Shown: positions 8,193 to 15,895 of the stretch, one piece after another
Layout: each line of letters opens with the position of its first letter
How positions within the stretch are numbered: the first letter of the stretch is position 1
From: a virus
Taxonomy: Duplodnaviria; Heunggongvirae; Uroviricota; Caudoviricetes
IMG/VR virus record: IMGVR_UViG_3300028805_000083
Span: 1-37,571 of that record
DNA length: 37,571 nucleotides
Strand: one strand, 5' to 3'
The notes under the pieces: model-generated
What the model was told of the DNA's origin: nothing
Databases searched by the model: none
What the model saw: the letters and a program-made list of their open reading frames with translations, nothing else
Made by a program: the position numbers and the translations under genes

Positions 8193-8515
8193 TCAAACCA
8201 ATTCAAAATGTCTAATAAAAGGTCAATAGAGTTAATATTTTCAAGATTGTTGGTCTCGTCCTCTTTCCATGAATAAACGTAAACACAACCACAATCACGT
8301 ATTATTGTGAAAATGTATTCGTCCTTAGAGCCAAGCAGTAACTTATTTTGCTTTGTGGCATTATAGATTTCTTCCATTGCGTTTCTGATTGAAGAACGAA
8401 TCTCACAAGCGAGGTCGTTTGTCTTTTCCTCTAAGGTGTCAAAATCAGCACTTGCCTTACCACTAATTTTGCCGTTCTTCACCAACTCAAAATAATCATT
8501 TCTTTCTAAAATCAT
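8189..8515 (-). CDS. hypothetical protein, 108 aa
   Basis: ORF in an operon, ATGA overlap. Confidence 0.75.
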   Translation of the reverse strand: MILERNDYFELVKNGKISGKASADFDTLEEKTNDLACEIRSSIRNAMEEIYNATKQNKLLLGSKDEYIFTIIRDCGCVYVYSWKEDETNNLENINSIDLLLDILNWFE

Positions 8516-8518
8516 AAC

Positions 8519-8947
8519 TTAATAAGGATAATCAATTTCTTTAAAATAATCTATAATCTTTTTAGAGGTCTCTGCTGCATACTGATTGCGAGGGTCAAAA
8601 CGTCCATTCTCACAATTCTCAGCCAACAACTTGATATACTCCAAGCATACCTTAAACATTTCGCTTTGTAGGTATCTGTGCTCACGGCACATCATTTCTG
8701 CAACGTGCTTCTTGCTATGCAACTTGCCATTAACAAAGTTGCCAAAAAAACGTGCAAACACATCGTCCATGTTCTCGCCACATTTTGGGCAAAGGTCATA
8801 CTCAAAACGTTTCAATACCATTTCCATGAGAAAATCTCTATCCTCAGAACAAGCCTTGGTATCATCTTTAATGAGACGAACAATCTGCTCATTGCTCAAC
8901 TGATAGTCCTCATACTCACGTCCGTCAATAGTAAACTTCTTATTCAT
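8519..8947 (-). CDS. hypothetical protein, 142 aa
   Basis: ORF with promoter and AGGAGA. Confidence 0.85.
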   Translation of the reverse strand: MNKKFTIDGREYEDYQLSNEQIVRLIKDDTKACSEDRDFLMEMVLKRFEYDLCPKCGENMDDVFARFFGNFVNGKLHSKKHVAEMMCREHRYLQSEMFKVCLEYIKLLAENCENGRFDPRNQYAAETSKKIIDYFKEIDYPY

Positions 8948-8975
8948 ATTTCAAATCTCCTTTTTTAATTCTGCT

Positions 8976-9008
8976 GCAAAGGTACGAAAAAAAATTCATT
9001 CCACCAAA
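8976..9008 (-). promoter_or_regulatory. Bacteroidetes sigma promoter (left arm of a divergent pair)
   Basis: Same motif, with the 21-bp element at 9018-9038. Confidence 0.85.
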
Positions 9009-9101
9009 TAAAAACAGAATTATTTTCAATTTATAATAATTTTTTCTTTTTATGTATTATAATAAGGTGAAAATAATTTTTTGGAAAAAAATGCTTCAAA
9101 A

Positions 9102-9134
9102 TTTGGTTATTTCAAAATAAATTCGTACCTTTGC
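9102..9134 (+). promoter_or_regulatory. Bacteroidetes sigma promoter (right arm of a divergent pair)
   Basis: TTTGgttatttcaaaataaattcgTACCTTTGC. Confidence 0.85.
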
Positions 9135-9163
9135 ACCACAAAACAACAATAAACAAAAAGAAA

Positions 9164-9394
9164 ATGGATAAACACTTGAATGTAAGAGTAATCGGAGTGC
9201 CAAAAAGTGCGTCCTACGATAAAAAGTGGATGGACACAATCTCTGACAAGGAAATGAGTGAACTTGCTCTTTCTGATGGAGACACGGCAATCTTTGAGAG
9301 CATGGAAGAGTTCAGCGAGGTTGTTTTGAACAACCCAAGCGCAAAAGAACAACTCCTTAGTAATTGGTGGTATTTCTTAACTGACTTGGCATGA
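9164..9394 (+). CDS. hypothetical protein, 76 aa
   Basis: ATG at 9164 (MDKHLNVRVIG); the track's TTG start is inside the promoter. Confidence 0.75.
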   Translation: MDKHLNVRVIGVPKSASYDKKWMDTISDKEMSELALSDGDTAIFESMEEFSEVVLNNPSAKEQLLSNWWYFLTDLA

Positions 9395-9738
9395 GAAAAA
9401 TCTATCTGACGATAGCCAAGGCTCTCTATAAACCCTCACCAAAGGTTGAGGGTCTTGTGCTAAAATTATGTGACTTGTTTGACAAGCCACTACCAAACGG
9501 AGTGACTATAACCTCTCTAACATTCAAAGAGGGTGCTCTAAAAGTTGGTGGTTTGTCTGTCAAGGAACTCATCAGAGGTGGGCAACATTGTGGAGTAGAG
9601 GTACATTGGTATCCAGATTTCACAAAGTCCACTAATATTGACCCATTTTGTAGTGCGTTCATATTGCGCTACAACTCTCTCGAAAAACTCTACCGTGAGG
9701 TGGAAAAGGTAATCTCTCAGATGAGAGATAATGCGTAA
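9391..9738 (+). CDS. hypothetical protein, 115 aa
   Basis: ATGA overlap with the previous gene. Confidence 0.75.
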   Translation: MRKIYLTIAKALYKPSPKVEGLVLKLCDLFDKPLPNGVTITSLTFKEGALKVGGLSVKELIRGGQHCGVEVHWYPDFTKSTNIDPFCSAFILRYNSLEKLYREVEKVISQMRDNA

Positions 9739-9865
9739 ACAACATTTAAACTTAGTATTAATCTTAACAGTACTGGCCCCATTGTTGTTGAAACAGTGGG
9801 GATGTACGTCATTTCACTGACGTTCAATGGCAACAACTGCCGTTGTACTTATTTAAGTCTTTAAC

Positions 9866-10051
9866 ATGGTAAATAGAGTTAATTATCGCATCGGATTTTA
9901 TACGAGAGACGGAATCTTTAGCGTATTAGGCAATAAGAAACGCTTTCGTAACTTCTTCCATACAAGGGAAATGGCTGAAGAAAAACGCAAAGAACTTCAA
10001 GGAAACTATAAACATAGACTAGAAATAAAACCATTCCATTATAGTTTCTAA
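9866..10051 (+). CDS. small hypothetical protein, 61 aa
   Basis: ATG 6 nt after repeat copy 1. Confidence 0.7.
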   Translation: MVNRVNYRIGFYTRDGIFSVLGNKKRFRNFFHTREMAEEKRKELQGNYKHRLEIKPFHYSF

Positions 10052-10106
10052 AACAGACCCACATTGTACTTATTTAAGTCTATTTATATATTATTGGGCG
10101 TAATAA

Positions 10107-10139
10107 TTTGTTTTTCTCAATTATTTTTCATATCTTTGC
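10107..10139 (+). promoter_or_regulatory. Bacteroidetes sigma promoter
   Basis: TTTG-N21-TATCTTTGC. Confidence 0.8.
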
Positions 10140-10189
10140 ACTGTATATTCGTACCCAATTGGGTAACGATATTTAATAAATCTTAAGAT

Positions 10190-10405
10190 ATGGCAAAATA
10201 TTATATTGAAACAAATGAAGGGCGTAAATATATTAAAGAAATTGACTACGCTCAAGGAAAACTCACATTCACAAATAATGAAGAAGAAGCATACAGAGGT
10301 AGGGATGGCTTTTATGCCAACGCTACTAGGGATATGATACGTAGAGGCTTCAAGGATGACTACCCAGAAGTAGAGAATCTAGAGTGCGATGCCGCATACT
10401 ACTAA
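10190..10405 (+). CDS. small hypothetical protein, 71 aa (paralogue of 10496-10726)
   Basis: YIKEIDYAQGKLTFTNNEEEA vs YLKTLDTAEGKIEFTTEPNEA. Confidence 0.8.
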   Translation: MAKYYIETNEGRKYIKEIDYAQGKLTFTNNEEEAYRGRDGFYANATRDMIRRGFKDDYPEVENLECDAAYY

Positions 10406-10495
10406 ATATCCCATCTGTAGACCATTGCGTCTTCAATGGCAACAGCCAATCTGTACTTATTTAAGTCTAATTATTAATAATAAAGTATACTAACT

Positions 10496-10726
10496 ATGGG
10501 AGGTTATCTATTACAGAATTCAAACGATGAGTATCTGAAAACTCTAGATACGGCTGAAGGTAAAATTGAGTTTACCACAGAACCAAATGAAGCAAGAAAT
10601 TATAGCGGTCGTCCAGGTGGTGGACAATGGGATGCTGATAATGAAAAACAATACCTAGACTTCCACTTCGGAGAAGAGTATGGAGAAAGAGTAACATCAT
10701 TACATTGTGTTTACCGTGAATGGTAA
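10496..10726 (+). CDS. small hypothetical protein, 76 aa
   Basis: Paralogue of 10190-10405; follows repeat copy 3. Confidence 0.8.
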   Translation: MGGYLLQNSNDEYLKTLDTAEGKIEFTTEPNEARNYSGRPGGGQWDADNEKQYLDFHFGEEYGERVTSLHCVYREW

Positions 10727-10806
10727 ACTCCACCCCCTACTTGTAGACCGCTTCAGCGGAATTCAGCGGCAACAACGTGCTGTTGTACTTATTTAAGTCC
10801 AATATT

Positions 10807-11019
10807 ATGGGAAAAGCAATATTAGAGTTTACTATCAATGGGAGAAAACATACATACTTCAGAAGAAAAGACCTATATGGGAAACCATTAACCACTACTA
10901 ATAAAAATAGTGCCAAACATCTAAAAGAATCTGAAGTTAAAAATACTGTGGCACTTCTTATTAAAGAATATGGTAAGGATAATATTACTGACGTGAATAT
11001 AATTAAGGATGAAAAATAA
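10807..11019 (+). CDS. small hypothetical protein, 70 aa
   Basis: ATG (MGKAILEF) 7 nt after repeat copy 4; followed by the AAGGATGAA/TTCATCCTT terminator. Confidence 0.75.
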   Translation: MGKAILEFTINGRKHTYFRRKDLYGKPLTTTNKNSAKHLKESEVKNTVALLIKEYGKDNITDVNIIKDEK

Positions 11020-11230
11020 AACTTCATCCTTTTTTTATATCCATAAAAAAAATATCCAAACGTTTCACAACGTCTGGATACCTTCGCTTAAGCTTTAACC
11101 TTAATAATCTAATACCATGAAAAACACATTTTACTTAAAACTCTAAAATTTAATCTTATGTCTAATAGAATTTCTTATTTCATAATATAAATATATCTTA
11201 CACCCTATTTGTACTTATTTAAGTCCAAAT

Positions 11231-11725
11231 CTATCCAAAAAATGTACCATCATTCTCAGGCCACCTACCCTCCGTCTCAAATATAACCTTGGGCTGTTGT
11301 ATCTTGGGTAACAACATCTTGGCATCATGCTCATGCAAAGAATCAAGGAGATTCTTATATGAACCACGTATGTTGAGATTCTTGGTTCCAGTATAACATG
11401 TGATATATACAGTACCTAAGTTCTTGATAATACCCTTCTGATAAAACTCTAAAAATATACCACTTGACCTCAAAAAATTCTCAAATGCCTCCAACTGATA
11501 AAATGCACGTGGAGCTTTACTTGGGTCAGACCACTCATAGAAATAAATGTTCACAGAATTATCCTTATACGCATTTGGTATCCTATGTATATTATCTAAT
11601 ACAACACCATTATTATAACGACTGTTATAATAATCATTATAATATGGGGTAGTAGTCTTAGGAGTTCTTCTCTTATTAATTAGATATTCTCTAAATAAAT
11701 CCCTTAAATCCTTACTTCTATTCAT
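11231..11725 (-). CDS. hypothetical protein, 164 aa
   Basis: ORF; paralogous to 11732-12421. Confidence 0.8.
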   Translation of the reverse strand: MNRSKDLRDLFREYLINKRRTPKTTTPYYNDYYNSRYNNGVVLDNIHRIPNAYKDNSVNIYFYEWSDPSKAPRAFYQLEAFENFLRSSGIFLEFYQKGIIKNLGTVYITCYTGTKNLNIRGSYKNLLDSLHEHDAKMLLPKIQQPKVIFETEGRWPENDGTFFG

Positions 11726-11731
11726 AGCACA

Positions 11732-12421
11732 TTAACCTAATTCAGATTCCTCACAAGCTTCATAAAACATTTTACCATAAGTGTGCTCAGACATAATCTC
11801 AAGCAAACCTATCTTCTCTGACTCTGGATTCAAACAACAATGACTCTCATATCTCCATGATATTTCAGCAGCCACAGCTTTGTCAACCCAATAGCCCATA
11901 CTCTCACAGTAATCACTAAACTCTTTAAGAGAATTAAAAGATAATTTATCTTCCTTACAATGATAGTCTGGATAAAACCAAATCTCCTTGGCATCAGATT
12001 CATAATCATCAGTGGCAAAACTAATATTGTCGAAATCATCCTCAACGCCACTGTAGGGAACGTTGATGTCAAACTTCTTAGCCTTTTTCTTGTTGTGCTT
12101 GTGCTTTCTTTTCTTACCCCACTGCTCTTCACGCTCTTGCTGCCAAAAAGCATCGTATACAGTATTCTTGTCCTTACCCTTCTTTCCCTTCTTGGGCTTC
12201 ATGACAATTACATTGCTTGGGGGAAATACGACATCACTATCATCAAGGTCATCATCCCAACCTGGAAACATTTCATCCCAATACTCTGCAATGTCATCAT
12301 ACTCATCAAAGATGCATGTTTCATTAGGCTCTTTAGCCTTACGAGATAAGTATTCATGGAATAAATTAACCAAGTTAGGTCTAACCTTGTTCGGTATCGT
12401 TATATTAATCTTTTTTGACAT
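11732..12421 (-). CDS. hypothetical protein, 229 aa
   Basis: ORF after promoter 12449-12481. Confidence 0.85.
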   Translation of the reverse strand: MSKKINITIPNKVRPNLVNLFHEYLSRKAKEPNETCIFDEYDDIAEYWDEMFPGWDDDLDDSDVVFPPSNVIVMKPKKGKKGKDKNTVYDAFWQQEREEQWGKKRKHKHNKKKAKKFDINVPYSGVEDDFDNISFATDDYESDAKEIWFYPDYHCKEDKLSFNSLKEFSDYCESMGYWVDKAVAAEISWRYESHCCLNPESEKIGLLEIMSEHTYGKMFYEACEESELG

Positions 12422-12448
12422 ACTATTATGTACACTTTTTACTATAAT

Positions 12449-12481
12449 GCAAATATATGAATTTTTTTTGAAATAACCAAA
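12449..12481 (-). promoter_or_regulatory. Bacteroidetes sigma promoter
   Basis: -7 TATATTTG, -33 TTTG. Confidence 0.8.
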
Positions 12482-12614
12482 TTTTTTAAAAAAAATTTTC
12501 TCTGGTAAATAAACACAACAGTTTTTTTCTTACAATTTTCCTATATTTTTACTATTTTTTGTATATATTTTTAATCCTAACCTTATAACTTACTTTATCT
12601 CAATTCCTTAAAAA

Positions 12615-12747
12615 TTTCTACGAAAATTTTTGGTATAAATGCCTTATAAATACGCCTACTTATACACAATTTTTTCGTCAATTCCTATCATTTTTACCTC
12701 ACTGATTATCAGATAGTTATGAATGGTTTCTACGAAAATTTTTGGTA
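12615..12747. repeat. 21-bp direct repeat TTTCTACGAAAATTTTTGGTA x2 in an AT-rich non-coding tract
   Basis: Copies at 12615-12635 and 12727-12747. Confidence 0.85.
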
Positions 12748-12979
12748 GTATTAAATTTTTACTCTGCGTGTTGACACATATAGTTTATAGTTCAGTTATT
12801 TTCACTTCACTTTCTTCGTCAAAATAGTTGTTATAGTCATATTCTTTTATAAGGTAAAATTCATTTTCAATATTTTGTTTTTCTTTAATTAATTTTCTAA
12901 ATTTAGTTAAAGAAATTTTATTTTTCTCAGAACATTCTTTAGTTGATTTATATTTTTTTCTCATAAAAACAAATTTATG

Positions 12980-13465
12980 TCAATATTTGTTTTCCTTACA
13001 ATAGATTTTTATATTATTTACACCTCTTTCTATAATATCTTTTACATTATTTTGTGTATGTTGTGCATCCATTCTTCTTAGTTGTTCTTTTCTATCGTTA
13101 TAGTTATTATGTATTGCTTTTTCTAGTTTATTATTATGGTATAATAGTGTTATTATATCTTTATATTTTTGTTTCAACTGGTATGGGTCTGTAGTGAAAA
13201 AGTATATGTCTTTATATCCATAGACTATTGAATTATTCTTTATATTGTCTATGAGGTCTTGTGTGACGCATACGTATTTCACGTATGAGTTTTCCACTTC
13301 TAGTACCATTATGAAATCTTGTGTTTCTAGTGTATTAACGCATATAATTTCTCTAATGGTAGCTTTTTTAGGTTCTATTGTTTTACATCCCACGTCTGTT
13401 ATTAGGTAGAGTATATTACCTTGTGTGAGCATATAGGATTTATCTAGTGTCTTAGGAATAATCAT
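12980..13465 (-). CDS. hypothetical protein, 161 aa
   Basis: ORF track. Confidence 0.8.
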   Translation of the reverse strand: MIIPKTLDKSYMLTQGNILYLITDVGCKTIEPKKATIREIICVNTLETQDFIMVLEVENSYVKYVCVTQDLIDNIKNNSIVYGYKDIYFFTTDPYQLKQKYKDIITLLYHNNKLEKAIHNNYNDRKEQLRRMDAQHTQNNVKDIIERGVNNIKIYCKENKY

Positions 13466-13603
13466 ATCAATGTAGTTGTTTAATTCTTTTCATTGAATTG
13501 CTATAGTTGGCATATCTTTTATTAATTGTTATCTTTAGAAAGTCAGTGGCGAGAGCATCACCTGGTAAAACATATTAGAGTATGCTCTTTCACCGAATAT
13601 TAG

Positions 13604-14164
13604 TTATTTATTTGCTATACAATGCTCATATGCATCAAGAATCTCTCTAAACTTAATTTCAGACTCTTTTGAGTTATTATTTCTATCTGGGTGATATTTG
13701 ATGCATAATGTTCTGAAATTACGTTTTATTATTTCAGATGGAGCATTTTCTGGAACACCCAATATTTCATAATATTTGCTTCTTGTAGTCTTTTTGTTAG
13801 TTATTCTTTTTCTGTTATTATCTGTAGTGTATCTCGATTTGTTCTCGTTTAAAATTTTATCGAAATCTAAATACTTTCTTCTAAGTTCTTCTAAATACTT
13901 ATTCAGTTCGCGTGTATTCGGTTTGAAAGTATCATTCTCATCACATCTATACCTCCAATATGCAGTTTCTCTATCAGAACATTCTTTATTAGAACATACC
14001 CAACATTCTGGTATAAAGAATTTGCAATTTTTTCTATGAAGAACATCTGATATATTATGTTTACAAGTGCAACCATCATAACCTCTACTGCACGAACTAC
14101 ATATCCAACAGATTGAACCTAGAGTTTCAATAACATTATTTCTTACTTTTGTTGATAGTGCCAT
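13604..14164 (-). CDS. J-domain (DnaJ-like) protein with a Cys-rich N-terminus
   Basis: C-terminal YYEILGV...FRTLCIKYHPDRN...FREILDAYE with the HPD motif. Confidence 0.9.
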   Translation of the reverse strand: MALSTKVRNNVIETLGSICWICSSCSRGYDGCTCKHNISDVLHRKNCKFFIPECWVCSNKECSDRETAYWRYRCDENDTFKPNTRELNKYLEELRRKYLDFDKILNENKSRYTTDNNRKRITNKKTTRSKYYEILGVPENAPSEIIKRNFRTLCIKYHPDRNNNSKESEIKFREILDAYEHCIANK

Positions 14165-14173
14165 AATCGTAAT

Positions 14174-14668
14174 TTATTTTAAGAACTTTTCATTACCTGG
14201 GCATACATATCTGCCTTTTCTAACACCATTAGAGTCATAATCTTCTCGTTTAGGATACATATCTAAGTATTCTTTTGAATATCTGCGAGGGTCATCTTTA
14301 TCGTATTTTCTGAAATCTTCTGAATATTTCCAACGCTTATTGATACTATCGTATCTAAATCTATCAACATCGTACTCTGTCCATTTTTCTATTTTAAATT
14401 CAAATTTCCACTGAGAATCTGAGTTCCAAACAAAGCAATTTAATGCAGTCAAGACCTCATCTTTTACCCAATCCTTAAAGAATAAGTCTCTGTGAACATC
14501 TTTTTGATAGCCATAATCAAGAAAATATATGCCTACAATATTTTCTTTATTGCCCCATCCACCATACTCACTTGTAGACTTGAATACTATTGTATCACCA
14601 ATATTTGCTTCCGAGAAGCAAGTATTAGCCCACTCTCTGAAGAATGTTATAGGATTATCACTATTCAT
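14174..14668 (-). CDS. hypothetical protein, 164 aa
   Basis: ORF track. Confidence 0.8.
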   Translation of the reverse strand: MNSDNPITFFREWANTCFSEANIGDTIVFKSTSEYGGWGNKENIVGIYFLDYGYQKDVHRDLFFKDWVKDEVLTALNCFVWNSDSQWKFEFKIEKWTEYDVDRFRYDSINKRWKYSEDFRKYDKDDPRRYSKEYLDMYPKREDYDSNGVRKGRYVCPGNEKFLK

Positions 14669-14720
14669 AATTGTTTGTTCTGCTAATTTAACAATTCTTT
14701 TGTAGCCAACAAGTATGTCG

Positions 14721-15191
14721 TTACCATATTTGTTTTATTTGTTTCATAAATTGTTTATACATTTCTTGTATATCTTTAGAATAGTTTTTTCTATATATTG
14801 TTCCTTCTTCTCTTTTGACTGCATAATATTTTTCTTTAAAGTAGTCATGTATAAGTTGTATCATTGTAGCTAGGTCGAAGGCTATATAGCTAAGTTGGTA
14901 TTTATATTGTTGATTAAACTTGATATAGTGTCCTCCCTCGAATATTATTTCTTCTGGGTTTGCTGACAGTGATACAATTGGTTTATTCACGTATGAGTTT
15001 TTACTTTCTTGGCATGGGTAGATAAAGAAACCTTGGCATGGGTAGATAAAGAAACAGTCTATCTGTGGAGAGAGGTATTTAGATTTCTCTATTGTGGAGT
15101 ATTTTGCCTTTGTTACTAGTACCTTGCTATTGCTTGTCCATATAGCAATGATATAGTGTGGTTTATTCAAGTTTAATTCTTTTAGTTTCAT
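14721..15191 (-). CDS. hypothetical protein, 156 aa
   Basis: ORF track; contains an in-frame 24-bp tandem duplication. Confidence 0.8.
   Translation of the reverse strand: MKLKELNLNKPHYIIAIWTSNSKVLVTKAKYSTIEKSKYLSPQIDCFFIYPCQGFFIYPCQESKNSYVNKPIVSLSANPEEIIFEGGHYIKFNQQYKYQLSYIAFDLATMIQLIHDYFKEKYYAVKREEGTIYRKNYSKDIQEMYKQFMKQIKQIW
15008..15055. repeat. perfect 24-bp tandem duplication
   Basis: CTTGGCATGGGTAGATAAAGAAAC x2 (FFIYPCQG FFIYPCQE). Confidence 0.95.
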
Positions 15192-15192
15192 A

Positions 15193-15651
15193 TTAAGCAG
15201 ATGTTTCTATTATTGTTGGGTTATCTACAAGCATCTTAAGTTTTTTCATGCATGTTTTATAGAAAGTTTCATAGTTATGCGCTTTTGTTTTATTAAATTT
15301 GCTTTTACATTTACATTCTTTTCTCAGTACGTCATGTGCTGTTTGTATTGATGTTGTGATATAGAAGACGCCAGCATATCCCATTGAAAATTTAACATAG
15401 ATATAGTTTTTTCCTTTAATCAGTTTATATGGTGAATTAGCCAAGAATGTTATTGTTTGTCCATTATCGGCATCATATATTGAGCAATATGATTTTTCTT
15501 TTTTCCATATTGCGTTTTTAAACTTACGGATGACGCAGCGAAGTCTAACGTTATCGAAATAGACGAAATAGTAGTATGTATTTTCTTTGAGGTTATCTAT
15601 TATTTTTTTTAATTCGTCTTTATCATTAAGTCTATAATAAATTTCTACCAT
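15193..15651 (-). CDS. hypothetical protein, 152 aa
   Basis: Tightly packed ORF. Confidence 0.8.
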   Translation of the reverse strand: MVEIYYRLNDKDELKKIIDNLKENTYYYFVYFDNVRLRCVIRKFKNAIWKKEKSYCSIYDADNGQTITFLANSPYKLIKGKNYIYVKFSMGYAGVFYITTSIQTAHDVLRKECKCKSKFNKTKAHNYETFYKTCMKKLKMLVDNPTIIETSA

Positions 15652-15894
15652 TTAGTCTTCAAAGTTTCCATTAATGATATTCTCTATTCCTTTCACAGTT
15701 GCTTCTAGCATAAACGCTCCATATTTATCTAGGTATTTATGTGTAGATTCTCTTGCGTTGATTGCTTCATTGATGGTATATTTCTTATCTTCAACGAATT
15801 GGTCGAAGGGTTTGAAATAGTCTTTCATCAGTGTTGCCACATTCTGGATATTTTTCAGTTTTCCTAGAATGAGTCTTTCTTTAATGTCATCCAT
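15652..15894 (-). CDS. hypothetical protein, 80 aa
   Basis: Tightly packed ORF. Confidence 0.75.
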   Translation of the reverse strand: MDDIKERLILGKLKNIQNVATLMKDYFKPFDQFVEDKKYTINEAINARESTHKYLDKYGAFMLEATVKGIENIINGNFED

Positions 15895-15895
15895 A

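Larger units (their letters stand above)
9844..11225 (+). repeat. five direct copies of TGTACTTATTTAAGTC (9844, 10065, 10452, 10784, 11210)
   Basis: Identical 16-mers at spacings of 221, 387, 332 and 426 bp; internal inverted repeat ACTTA-TT-TAAGT. Confidence 0.95.

Noticed and set aside
9844-9859. Xer/dif site identity for the 16-mer
   Set aside because: It lacks the 11-6-11 layout and the TTATGTTAAAT XerD arm.
9844-11225. Canonical CRISPR array
   Set aside because: The repeats are only 16 bp, the 'spacers' are 200-400 bp and encode ORFs, and no cas genes are present.
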